In this document: one piece after another, positions 52,501 through 64,000 of the stretch
Numbering within the stretch: position 1 is the stretch's first letter
Layout: each line of letters starts with the position of its first letter
NCBI GenBank assembly: GCA_964016885.1
Contig: OZ024744.1
Span: 8,494,001-8,558,000 of the forward strand
DNA: 64,000 bases
Direction of reading: 5' to 3'
DNA from: Eledone cirrhosa
Taxonomy: Eukaryota
Program-made: the position numbers and the translations under genes
Notes under the pieces: generated by a model
The model's database searches: none
Seen by the model: the letters and a program-made list of their open reading frames with translations, nothing else
Told to the model about the DNA's origin: nothing

Positions 52501-55500
52501 ATTTGAACGTATATATTATAGTAGTGTGGTGGTATATATTATAGTAGTGTGGTATATATTATATTAGTGTGGTATATATTATATTAGTGTGGTGTATATT
52601 ATAGTAGTGTAATTGATATTATAGTAGTAGTGTATATTTTATAGTAGTGTGGTGGTGTATAGTATAGTAGCGTGGTATATATTATAGTAGTGTGGTGGTA
52701 AATATTATAGAAGTGTGGTATATATTATAGCAGTCTGGTTTATATTATAGTAATGTGGTATATATTATCGAAGCGTGGTGTATATTATAGTAGTGTGGTG
52801 TATGTATGAGTAGTGTTGTGGTGTATATTATAGTAGCGAGAATGTAAGGTTTAAGATAAGATCGCCGTATTTTGGGCATAATTTAACAATAATCGAAAAT
52901 ACAAGATTTGTTTTGTTTAAGAAAATACGATAGAGAAAATCCGGTGATAGGGAAAATATGATTTTTAGAGGAAAAATATGATATAGAATGGTGAAAATAT
53001 GATATAGTGTGAAATTAGGACATAGAATAGTGATTGAATGAATGGATTCGAATGGAGAGAAGAATCGAGAAAAAATATGATATAGAATGGTGAAAATATG
53101 ATATAGTGTGAAATTAGGACATAGAATAGTGATTGAATGAATGGATTCGAATGGAGAGAAGAATCGAGAAAAATATTTGAACGTATATATTATAGTAGTG
53201 TGGTGGTATATATTATAGTAGTGTGGTATATATTATATTAGTGTGGTATATATTATATTAGTGTGGTGTATATTATAGTAGTGTAATGGATATTATAGTA
53301 GTAGTGTATATTTTATAGTAGTGTGGTGGTGTATATTATAGTAATGTGGTATATATTATAGTAGCGTGTTATATATTATAGTAGTGTGGTGGTAAATATT
53401 ATAGAAGTGTGGTATATATTATAGCAGTCTGGTTTATATTATAGTAATGTGGTATATATTATCGTAGCGTGGTGTATATTATAGTAGTGTGGTGTATGTT
53501 TGAGTAGTGTTGTGGTGTATATTATAGTAGCGAGAATGTAAGGTTTAAGATAAGATCGCCGTATTTTGGGCATAATTTAACAATAATCGAAAATACAAGA
53601 TTTGTTTTGTTTAAGAAAATACTATAGAGAAAATGCGGTGATAGCGAAAATATGATTTTTACAGGAAAAATATGATATAGAATGGTGAAAATATGATATT
53701 ATGTGAAATTAGGACATAGAATAGTGATTGAATGAATGGATTCGAATGGAGAGAAGAATCGAGAAAAATATTTGAACGCATATATTATAGTAGTGTGGTG
53801 GTATATATTATAGTAGTGTGGTATATATTATATTAGTGTGGTATATATTATATTAGTGTGGTGTATATTATAGTAGTGTAATGGATATTATAGTAGTAGT
53901 GTATAGTTTATAGTAGTGTGGTGGTGTATATTATAGTAATGTGGTATATATTATAGTAGCGTGGTATATATTATAGTAGTGTGGTGGTAAATATTATAGA
54001 AGTGTGGTATATATTATATCAGTCTGGTTTATATTATAGTAATGTGGTATATATTATCGTAGCGTGGTATATATTATAGTATTGTGGTGTATGTTTGAGT
54101 AGTGTTGTGGTGTATATTATAGTAGTGTGGTGCATATTATAATAGTGTGGTGTATATTAGAGTAGTGCGCTGTATATTATAGTAGTGTGGTACATATTAT
54201 ATTTATGTGGTCTATATTGTAGTAGTGTGGTTGTTAGCGAGAATGTAAGGTTTAAGATAAGATCGCCGTATTTTGGGCATAATTTAACAATAATCGAAAA
54301 TACAAGATTTGTTTTGTTTAAGAAATACGATGGAGAATATGCGGTGATAGGGAAAATATGATTTTTAGAGAAAAAAATATGATATATAATGGTGAAAATA
54401 TGATATAGTGTGAAATTAGGACATAGAATAGTGATTGAATGAATGGATTCGAATGGAGAGAAGAAATCGAGAAAAAATATGATATAGAATGGTGAAAATA
54501 TGATATAGTGTGAAATTAGGACATAGAATAGTGATTGAATGAATGGATTCGAATGGAGAGAAGAATCGAGAAAAAATATGATATAGAATGGTGAAAATAT
54601 GATATAGTGTGAAATTAGGACATAGAATAGTGATTGAATGAATGGATTCGAATGGAGAGAAGAATCGAGAAAAATATTTGAACGTATATATTATAGTAGT
54701 GTGGTGGTATATATTATAGTAGTGTGGTATATATTATATTAGTGTGGTATATATTATATTAGTGTGGTGTATATTATAGTAGTGTAATGGATATTATAGT
54801 AGTAGTGTATATTTTATAGTAGTGTGGTGGTGTATATTATAGTAATGTGGTATATATTATAGTAGCGTGGTTTATAGTATAGTAGTGTGGTGGTAAATAT
54901 TATAGAAGTGTGGTATAAATTATAGCAGTCTGGTTTATATTATAGTAATGTGGTATATATTATCGTAGCGTGGTGTATATTATAGTAGTGTGGTGTATGT
55001 TTGAGTAGTGTTGTGGTGTATATTATAGTAGCGAGAATGTAAGTTTTAAGATAAGATCGCCGTATTTTGGGCATAATTTAATAACAATTGAAAATACAGG
55101 ATTTGTTTTGTTTAAGAAAATACGATAGAGAAAATGCGGTGATAGGGAAAATATGATTTTTAGAGGAAAAATATGATATAGAATGGTGAAAATATGATAT
55201 AGTGTGAAATTAGGACATAGAATAGTGATTGAATGAATGGATTCGAATGGAGAGAAGAATCGAGAAAAATATTTGAACGTATATATTATAGTAGTGTGGT
55301 GGTATATATTATAGTAGTGTGGTATATATTATATTAGTGTGGTATATATTATATTAGTGTGGTGGTATATGTTATAGTAGTGTGGTATATATTATATTAG
55401 TGTGGTGTATATTATAGTAGTGTAATGGATATTATAGTAGTAGTGTATATTTTATAGTAGTGTGGTGGTGTATATTATAGTAATGTGGTATATATTATAG

Positions 55501-58500
55501 TAGCGTGGTATATATTATAGTAGTGTGGTGGTAAATATTATAGAAGTGTGGTATATATTATAGCAGTCTGGTTTATATTATAGTAATGTGGTATATATTA
55601 TCGTAGCGTGGTGTATATTATAGTAGTGTGGTGTATGTTTGAGTAGTGTTGTGGTGTATATTATAGTAGCGAGAATGTAAGGTTTAAGATAAGATCGCCG
55701 TATTTTGGGCATAATTTAACAATAATCGAAAATACAAGATTTGTTTTGTTTAAGAAAATACGATAGAGAAAATGCGGTGATAGGGAAAATATGATTTTTA
55801 GAGGAATAATATGATATAGAATGGTGAAAATATGATATAGTGTGAAATTAGGACATAGAATAGTGATTGAATGAATGGATTCGAATGGAGAGAAGAATCG
55901 AGGAAAAATATGATATAGAATGGTGATAATATGATATAGTGTGAAATTAGGACATAGAATAGTGATTGAATGAATGGATTCGAATGGAGAGAAGAATCGA
56001 GGAGAAATATGATATAGAATGGTGAAAATATGATATAGTGTGAAATTAGGACATAGAATAGTGATTGAATGAATGGATTCGAATGGAGAGAAGAATCGAG
56101 AAAAATATTTGAACGTATATATTATAGTAGTGTGGTGGTATATATTATAGTAGTGTGGTATATATTATATTAGTGTGGTATATATTATATTAGTGTGGTG
56201 TATATTATATTAGTGTGGTGTATATTATAGTGGTGTAATGGATATTATAGTAGTAGTGTATATTTTATAGTAGTGTGGTGGTGTATATTATAGTAATGTG
56301 GTATATATTATAGTAGCGTGGTATATATTATAGTAGTGTGGTGGTAAATATTATAGAAGTGTGGTATATATTATAGCAGTCTGGTTTATATTATAGTAAT
56401 ATGGTATATATTATCTTAGCGTGGTGTATATTATAGTAGTGTGGTGTATGTTTGAGTAGTGTTGTGGTGTATATTATAGTAGTGTGGTGCATATTATAAT
56501 AGTGTGGTGTATATTAGAGTAGTGTGCTGTATATTATAGTAGTGTGGTACATATTATATTTATGTTGTCTATATTATAGTAGTGTGGTTGTTAGCGAGAA
56601 TGTAAGGTTTAAAATAAGATCGCCGTATGTTGGGCATAATTTAACAATAATCGAAAATACAAGATTTGTTTTGTTTAAGAAATACGATAGAGAAAATGCG
56701 GTGATAGGGAAAATATGATTTTTAGAGAAAAAAATATGATATAGAATGGTGTAAGTATGATATTGTGTGAAATTAGGACATAGAATAGTGATTGAATGAA
56801 TGGATTCGAATGGAGAGAAGAATCGAGAAAAAATATGATATAGAATGGTGAAAATATGATATAGTGTGAAATTAGGACATAGAATCGTGATTGAATGAAT
56901 GGATTCGAATGGAGAGAAGAATCGAGAAAAAATATGATATAGAATGGTGAAAATATGATATAGTGTGAAATTAGGACATAGAATAGTGATTGAATGAATG
57001 GATTCGAATGGAGAGAACAATCGAGAAAAAATATGATATAGAATGGTGAAAATATGATATAGTGTGAAATTAGGACATAGAATAGCGATTGAATGAATGG
57101 ATTCGAATGGAGAGAAGAATCGAGAAAAATATTTGAACGTATATATTATAGTAGTGTGGTGGTATATATTATAGTAGTGTGGTATATATTATATTAGTGT
57201 GGTATATATTATATTAGTGTGGTGTATATTATAGTAGTGTAATGGATATTATAGTAGTAGTGTATATTTTATAGTAGTGTGGTGGTGTATATTATAGTAA
57301 TGTGGTATATATTATAGTAGCGTGGTATATATTATAGTAGTGTGGTGGTAAATATTATAGAAGTGTGGTATATATTATAGCAGTCTGGTTTATATTATAG
57401 TAATGTGGTATATATTGTCGTAGCGTGGTGTATATTATAGTAGTGTGGTGTATGTTTGAGTAGTGTTGTAGTGTATATTATAGTAGCGAGAATGTAAGGT
57501 TTAAGATAAGATCGCCGTATTTTGGGCATAATTTAACAATAATCGAAAATACAAGATTTGTTTTGTTTAAGAAAATACGATAGAGAAAATGCGGTGATAG
57601 GGAAAATATGATTTTTAGAGGAAAAATATGATATAGAATGGTGAAAATATGATATAGTGTGAAATTAGGACATAGAATAGTGATTGAATGAATGGATTCG
57701 AATGGAGAGAAGAATCGAGAAAAATATTTGAACGTATATATTATAGTAGTGTGGTGGTATATATTATAGTAGTGTGGTATATATTATATTAGTGTGGTAT
57801 ATATTATATTAGTGTGGTGTATATTATAGTAGTGTAATGGATATTATAGTAGTAGTGTATATTTTATAGTAGTGTGGTGGTGTATATTATAGTAATGTGG
57901 TATATATTATAGTAGCGTGGTATATATTATAGTAGTGTGGTGGTAAATATTATAGAAGTGTGGTATATATTATAGCAGTCTGGTTTATATTATAGTAATG
58001 TGGTATATATTATCGTAGCGTGGTGTATATTATAGTAGTGTGGTGTATGTTTGAGTAGTGTTGTTGTGTATATTATAGTAGTGTGGTGCATATTATAATA
58101 GTGTGGTGTATATTAGAGTAGTGTGCTGTATATTATAGTAGTGTGGTACATATTATATTTATGTTGTCTATATTATAGTAGTGTGATTGTTAGCGAGAAT
58201 GTAAGGTTTAAGATAAGATCGCCGTATTTTGGGCATAATTTAACAATAATCGAAAATACAAGATTTGTTTTGTTTAAGAAATACGATAGAGAAAATGCGG
58301 TGATAGGGAAAATATGATTTTTAGAGAAAAAAATATGATATAGAATGGTGAAAATATGATATTGTGTGAAATTAGGACATAGAATAGTGATTGAATGAAT
58401 GGATTCGAATGGAGAGAAGAATCGAGAAAAAATATGATATAGAATGGTGAAAATATGATATAGTCTGAAATTAGGACATAGAATAGTGATTGAATGAATG

Positions 58501-60040
58501 GATTCGAATGGAGAGAAGAATCGAGAAAAAATATGATATAGAATGGTGAAAATATGATATAGTGTGAAATTAGGACATAGAATAGCGATTGAATGAATGG
58601 ATTCGAATGGAGAGAAGAATCGAGAAAAATATTTGAACGTATATATTATAGTAGTGTGGTGGTATATATTATAGTAGTGTGGTATATATTATATTAGTGT
58701 GGTATATATTATATTAGTGTGGTGTATATTATAGTAGTGTGATGGATATTATAGTAGTAGTGTATATTTTATAGTAGTGTGGTGGTGTATATTATAGTAA
58801 TGTGGTATATATTATAGTAGCGTGGTTTATATTATAGTAGTGTGGTGGTAAATATTATAGAAGTGTGGTATATATTATAGCAGTCTGGTTTATATTATAG
58901 TAATGTGGTATATATTATCGTAGCGTGGTGTATATTATAGTAGTGTGGTGTATGTTTGAGTAGTGTTGTGGTTTATATTATAGTAGTGTGGTGCATATTA
59001 TAATAGTGTGGTGTATATTAGAGTAGTGTGCTGTATATTATAGTAGTGTGGTACATATTATATTTATGTGGTCTATATTATAGTAGTGTGGTTGTTAGCG
59101 AGAATGTAAGGTTTAAGATAAGATCGCCGTATTTTGGGCATAATTTAACAATAATCGAAAATACAAGATTTGTTTTGTTTAAGAAAATACGATAGAGAAA
59201 ATGCGGTGATAGGGAAAATATGATTTTTAGAGGAAAAATATGATATAGAATGGTGAAAATATGATATAGTGTGAAATTAGGACATAGAATAGTGATTGAA
59301 TGAATGGATTCGAATGGAGAGAAGAATCAAGAAAAATATTTGAACGTATATATTATAGTAGTGTGGTGGTATATATTATAGTAGTGTGGTATATATTATA
59401 TTATTGTGGTATATATTATATTAGTGTGGTGTATATTATAGTAGTGTAATGGATATTATAGTAGTAGTGTATATTTTATAGTAGTGTGGTGGTGTATATT
59501 ATAGTAATGTGGTTTATATTATAGTAGCGTGGTATATATTATAGTAGTGTGGTGGTAAATATTATAGAAGTGTGGTATATATTATAGCAGTCTTGTTTAT
59601 ATTATAGTAATGTGGTATATATTATCGTAGCGTGGTGTATATTATAGTAGTGTGGTGTATGTTTGAGTAGTGTTGTGGTGTATATTATAGTAGCGAGAAT
59701 GTAAGGTTTAAGATAAGATCGCCGTATTTTGGGCATAATTTAACAATAATCGAAAATACAAGATTTGTTTTGTTTAAGAAAATACGATAGAGAAAATGCG
59801 GTGATAGGGAAAATATGATTTTTAGAGAAAAAATATGATATAGAATGGTGAAAATATGATATAGTGTGAAATTAGGACATAGAATAGTGATTGAATGAAT
59901 GGATTCGAATGGAGAGAAGAATCGAGAAAAATATGATATAGAATGGTGAAAATATGATATAGTGTGAAATTAGGACATAGAATAGTAATTGAATGAATGG
60001 ATTCGAATGGAGAGAAGAATCGAGAAAAATATTTGAACGT
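28515..60040. repeat. Composite higher-order tandem array, ~46 units: ~140-bp head + (99 bp)x1-4 + captured 20-mer satellite block
   Basis: Head GCGAGAATGTAAGGTTTAAGATAAGATCGCC... counted by eye 46 times (28523, 29116, 29790 ... 59098, 59693). The 99-bp repeats nearly always end in TATTTGAACG(T/C), followed by the same ordered series of satellite variants. Units are near-identical. Confidence 0.96.
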
Positions 60041-60470
60041 TACTTTATAGCGCAGGAACAGCCATCCCAGAAATAGCGAGTTGGCGATTGTGATTAATTT
60101 TGGTAGGGTTTATCTTATATGTATAGAGAGGGAGGTGTGTGGGGGGGGGGGGGGGGGGCAGGAACCAGCATGATGTATGGGTAGGGGGTAGAAGATGGGA
60201 TGGAGCAGAGGTTAAGAGTTTAAATAGGTACTAGAAGTTTTGCGTAGAACTTAGCAAGTTTAACAAAATATATTTAAAGGAATATATAATAGTGATTTGT
60301 TTTTGTTATGAAAATACGACAGAATAAGAAAATATGACAGAATTAAGCGAGAATGTAAGGTTTAAGATAAGATCGCCGTATTTTGGGCATAAATTAACAA
60401 TAAACGAAAATACAAGATTTGTTACGTTTAAGAAAATACGATAGAGAAAATATGATTTTTAGAGAAAAAA
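59693..60470. other. Un-deleted 'parent' of the array's non-satellite module (unclassified element with direct repeats)
   Basis: The last unit continues past GAACGT into ~300 bp of unique sequence (G18 run at 60141-60158). A diverged second copy of the head follows at 60347-60470. Confidence 0.7.
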
Positions 60471-63361
60471 TATATATCTTATAGTAGTGTGGTATACATT
60501 ATATATTTAATAAATACTGTGGTGGTATATAAATTATATTTATTATAGTAGTGTGGTATAAATTATAGTAGGGTGGTGTATCTTATAGTAGTGTAGTATA
60601 TATTATAGTAGCGTGGTAGTATATATTACACCAGTGTGGTACATATTATAGTAGAGTGGTATATATTATATTAGTGTGGTGTATATTATAGTAGGCTAAT
60701 GGATATTATAGTAATGTGGTATATATTATAGTAGTGTGGTATATATTATATTAGTGTTGTGGTATATATTATAGAAGTATGGCATATATTATAGAAGTCT
60801 GGTGTATATTATAGTAGAGTGGTATATATTATAGTAGTATGGTGTATATTATAGTAGTGTGATATATATTATAGTAGTTTGGTGTATATTATAGTAGTCT
60901 GGTGTATATTATTGTAGTTTGCTGTATATTATAATAGTGTGGTGGTATATATTATAGTAGTGTGGTATATATTATATTAGTGTGGTATATATTATATTAG
61001 TGTGGTGTATATTATAGTAGTGTAATGGATATTATAGTAGTAGTGTATATTTTATAGTAGTGTGGTGGTGTATATTATAGTAATGTGGTATATATTATAG
61101 TAGCGTGGTATATATTATAGTAGTGTGATGGTAAATATTATAGAAGTGTGGTATATATTATAGCAGTCTGGTTTATATTATAGTAATGTGGTATATATTA
61201 TCGTAGCGTGGTGTATATTATAGTAGTGTGGTGTATGTTTGAGTAGTGTTGTGGTGTATATTATAGTAGTGTGGTGCATATTATAATAGTGTGGTGTATA
61301 TTAAAGTAGTGTGCTGTATATTATAGTAGTGTGGTACATATTATATTTATGTGGTCTATATTATAGTAGTGTGGTATATATTATAGTAGTGCAGTATATA
61401 TTATAGTAGGGTGGTGTATGTTATATTAGTGTGGTGGTGTATATTATACTAGTGTGGTATATAACATAGTAGTGTGGTGTATATTATAGTAGTGTGGTAT
61501 ATATTATATTAGTGTGGTGTATATTATAGTAGGTTAATGGATATTATATTAGTGTTGTATATATTATAGTAGTGTGGTGGTGTATATTATAGTAATGTGG
61601 TATATATTATAGTAGTGTGGTATATATTATAGTAGTGTGGGTATATTATAGTAGTGTGGGTATATTATAGTAGTGTGGTGTATATTATAGTATTGTGGTG
61701 TAGAGTATCATATTGTGGTGTATATTATAGTAGTGTGGTATATATTATAGTATTGTGGTATATATTAGAGTAGTGTGGTGTATGTTATAGTAGTGTGGTG
61801 GTGTATATTATAGTAGTGTAGCGTATATTAGAGTAGTGTGGTATATATTACAGTAGTGTGGAATATATTATAGTAGGGTGGTTGTATATATTATAGTAGT
61901 GTGGCATATATTATAGTAATGTGGTGTATATTATATTAATTTTGTGTATATTATAGTAGTGTGGTGTATGTTATAGTAGTGCGGTGGTGTATATTATAGT
62001 AGTGTGGTGTATATCATAGTAGTGTAGCGTATATTATAGTAGTGTGGTATATATTACAGTAGTGTGGTGTATATTATTGTAGTGAGGTATATGTTGCACT
62101 AGTGTGGTGTATATTATAGTAGTATGCTGTATATTATAGTAGTGTGGTGTATATTACAGTAGTGTGGTATACATTATAGTGGCGTTGTATTTATTATAGT
62201 AGTGTGCTGTATATTATAGTAGTGTGACATATATTATAATAGTGTGGTGTATATTATAGTAGTTTGCTATATATTATAGTGGGCGGGTGCTATATACTAT
62301 AGTAGTGTGGTGTATATTATTGTAGTGTGGTGGTATATATTATAGTAGTGTGGTATATATTATAGTAGTGTGGTAAATATTATATTAGTGTGTTATATAT
62401 TATTGTAGTGTGGTATATCTTATAGTACTGTGTTATATATTATAGTAATGTGGTGGTGTATATTATAGTAGTTTTGTGTAGATTATAGTAGTGTGGTGTA
62501 TATTATATTAGTGTGGTATATATTATAGTAGGGTAATGGATATTATAGTAGTGTGGTATATATTATAGTAGTGTGGTATATATTATAGTAGTGTGGTGGT
62601 ATATATTATAGAAGTGTGGTTTATATTATAACGGTCTGGTGTATATTATAGTAGTGTGGTATATATTATAGTAGTGTGGTGTATATTATAGTAGTGTGAT
62701 ATATATTATAATAGTGTGGTATATATTATAGTAGTGCGGTATATATTATATTAGTGCGGTATATATTATTGTAGTGTGGTGTATGTTATATTAGTGTGGT
62801 GCTGTATATTATAGTAGTGTGTTGTATATTATAGTAGTGTGGTGTATATTATAGTAGTGTGGTATATATCACAGTAGTGTGGTGTATACTATAGTAGTGT
62901 GGTATATATTACACTAGTGTGGTGTATATTATAGTAGTGTGCTGTATATTATAGTAGTGTGGCATATATTATCGTAGTCCGATATATATTATAGTGGTGT
63001 GGTGTATATTATATTAGTGTGGTAAATATTATATTAATTTGTCATATATTATAGTAGTGTGGTATATATTATCATAGTGTGGTACATTTTATAGCACTGT
63101 GTTATATATTATAGTAGTGTGGTTGTATATATTATAGTAGTGTTGTGTATACTATAGTAGTGTAGCGTATATTATAGTAATGTGGTATATATTATGTTAG
63201 GGTGGTTGTATATATTATAGTAATGTGGTGTATATCATAGTAGTGTGGTATGTATTTGTGTAGTGTGGTATATATTATAGTAGTGTTGTGTATATTATAA
63301 TAGTGTGGTGTATATTTTATAGTAGTGTGGTACATATTATAGTAGTGTGGTATATATTATA
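60471..63361. repeat. 20-bp minisatellite (block 5), including the donor block of the composite array at ~60924-61375
   Basis: Same monomer. 60924-61375 carries the exact variant order used in the array units (GTAATGGAT, TAGCAGTCTGGTTT, ATCGTAGCG, GTTTGAGTAG, ATATTTATGTGGTCT). Confidence 0.95.
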
Positions 63362-64000
63362 AATGTCTTTATTAGCCACAAGGGGACAAATACAAATGGG
63401 GAGTTTACATACAGGTATATGAAAATAAAACTATTAATAAAATAACAAATAACAATTGATATCCCCAATAGGGGGGAGGATTTACACAGTGGTTGTACAC
63501 AGCCCGAAAAAATGTACAACCCTCATCTTCAGGAGCATCAAGAGTGAGTACTCCCTTCCTCTCTTCCTCCTTTCCCTCAACCTACAGGCTTATATAGAGA
63601 GAAGGCCCAACCACTCGGGCCATCTTTGCTACATTCACCCACCTTTTATAAAAGTTGCTGGGGTACAGCACCTCTCTCTCCATCCTGATTCTTCTTCCAA
63701 AATGATATTTGAAAAAACGAATCAGTTGCTCGCCGGAGAGAAAGGTGTCTGATCCCAGCCCTTTTAACCTCATCCACCATATAACCTCTTTCACCATAGC
63801 CATAACACATAGGAAAACCGCCTCTCCCTCGTTTTGGAAGGAGGGTGCTGTTTGATCATGACAATAGACTCGGTGGTCAACTGGATTGGTCCCACCCGCG
63901 ACAATAGTCGTTCTACATATCCCCACAGGTCGGTAACGCCCGGACAGTGTATAAATGCGTGCGCGACGGGTTCCTCGTCGCGCACGCATCTCGGACAGAT
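63362..64000 (-). mobile_element. 3' end of an L1/Tx1-type LINE (continues beyond window)
   Basis: ORF2 C-terminus with CCHC knuckle CPRC-x8-H-x4-C (ICPRCVRDEEPVAHAFIHC), then LW and IWWMR motifs. Stop at 63582, ~220-nt 3'UTR, AATAAA at 63368-63373 on the minus strand. Confidence 0.82.
63582..64000 (-). pseudogene. Frameshifted ORF2 C-terminus (zinc-knuckle region) of the L1/Tx1-type element
   Basis: The protein-like reading switches from the 63791-63985 frame to the 63582-63989 frame near 63850. Confidence 0.72.

Noticed and set aside
36111-57020. Minus-strand ORFs with a hydrophobic 33-aa repeat (36111, 39857, 46287, 50306, 56574)
   Set aside because: By-product of a 99-bp (3n) repeat lacking stops on the TC-rich strand. 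The ATG comes from a single T>C variant at the satellite junction, and there is no sign of codon-level selection.
43198-58317. Short + strand ORFs MLYIIVVWY... (43198, 56524, 58123)
   Set aside because: Chance frames across the satellite/head junction.
28515-60040. CRISPR-like repeat/spacer appearance of the composite array
   Set aside because: The intervening blocks are near-identical satellite rather than unique spacers, the units are far too long, there are no cas genes, and the context is eukaryotic.
63337-63752. ORFs 63337-63519 (-) and 63456-63752 (+)
   Set aside because: They lie in the LINE 3'UTR or antisense to ORF2 and show no motifs.

Overview
Eukaryotic heterochromatin-type window with no host genes. 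The SINE, RTE and Tx1 sequences resemble octopod cephalopod repeats from memory; this is an inference, not a database result. The background is a diverged, almost C-free 20-bp minisatellite (consensus ~TATATTATAGTAGTGTGGTR, with 23-bp variants) at 1-24.7 kb and 60.5-63.4 kb. Inserted in it are two tRNA-derived SINEs, a probable solo LTR that hosts one of the SINEs, two RTE-clade LINEs and the 3' end of an L1/Tx1-type LINE. One RTE is 5'-truncated with an unbroken ORF; the other is near full length with two 1-bp frameshifts. Both carry a C4HC3 PHD-type finger inside the RT region. All three LINEs lie on the minus strand. The centre (28.5-60.0 kb) is a very homogeneous, insertion-free composite array of about 46 units. 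Each unit is a ~140-bp head, 1-4 copies of a 99-bp repeat, and one specific captured block of the 20-mer satellite. The array starts exactly at the 5' end of the second RTE. Its apparent parent sequences survive just downstream (59.7-60.5 kb and 60.9-61.4 kb), so the origin of a new higher-order satellite can be reconstructed from the window itself.
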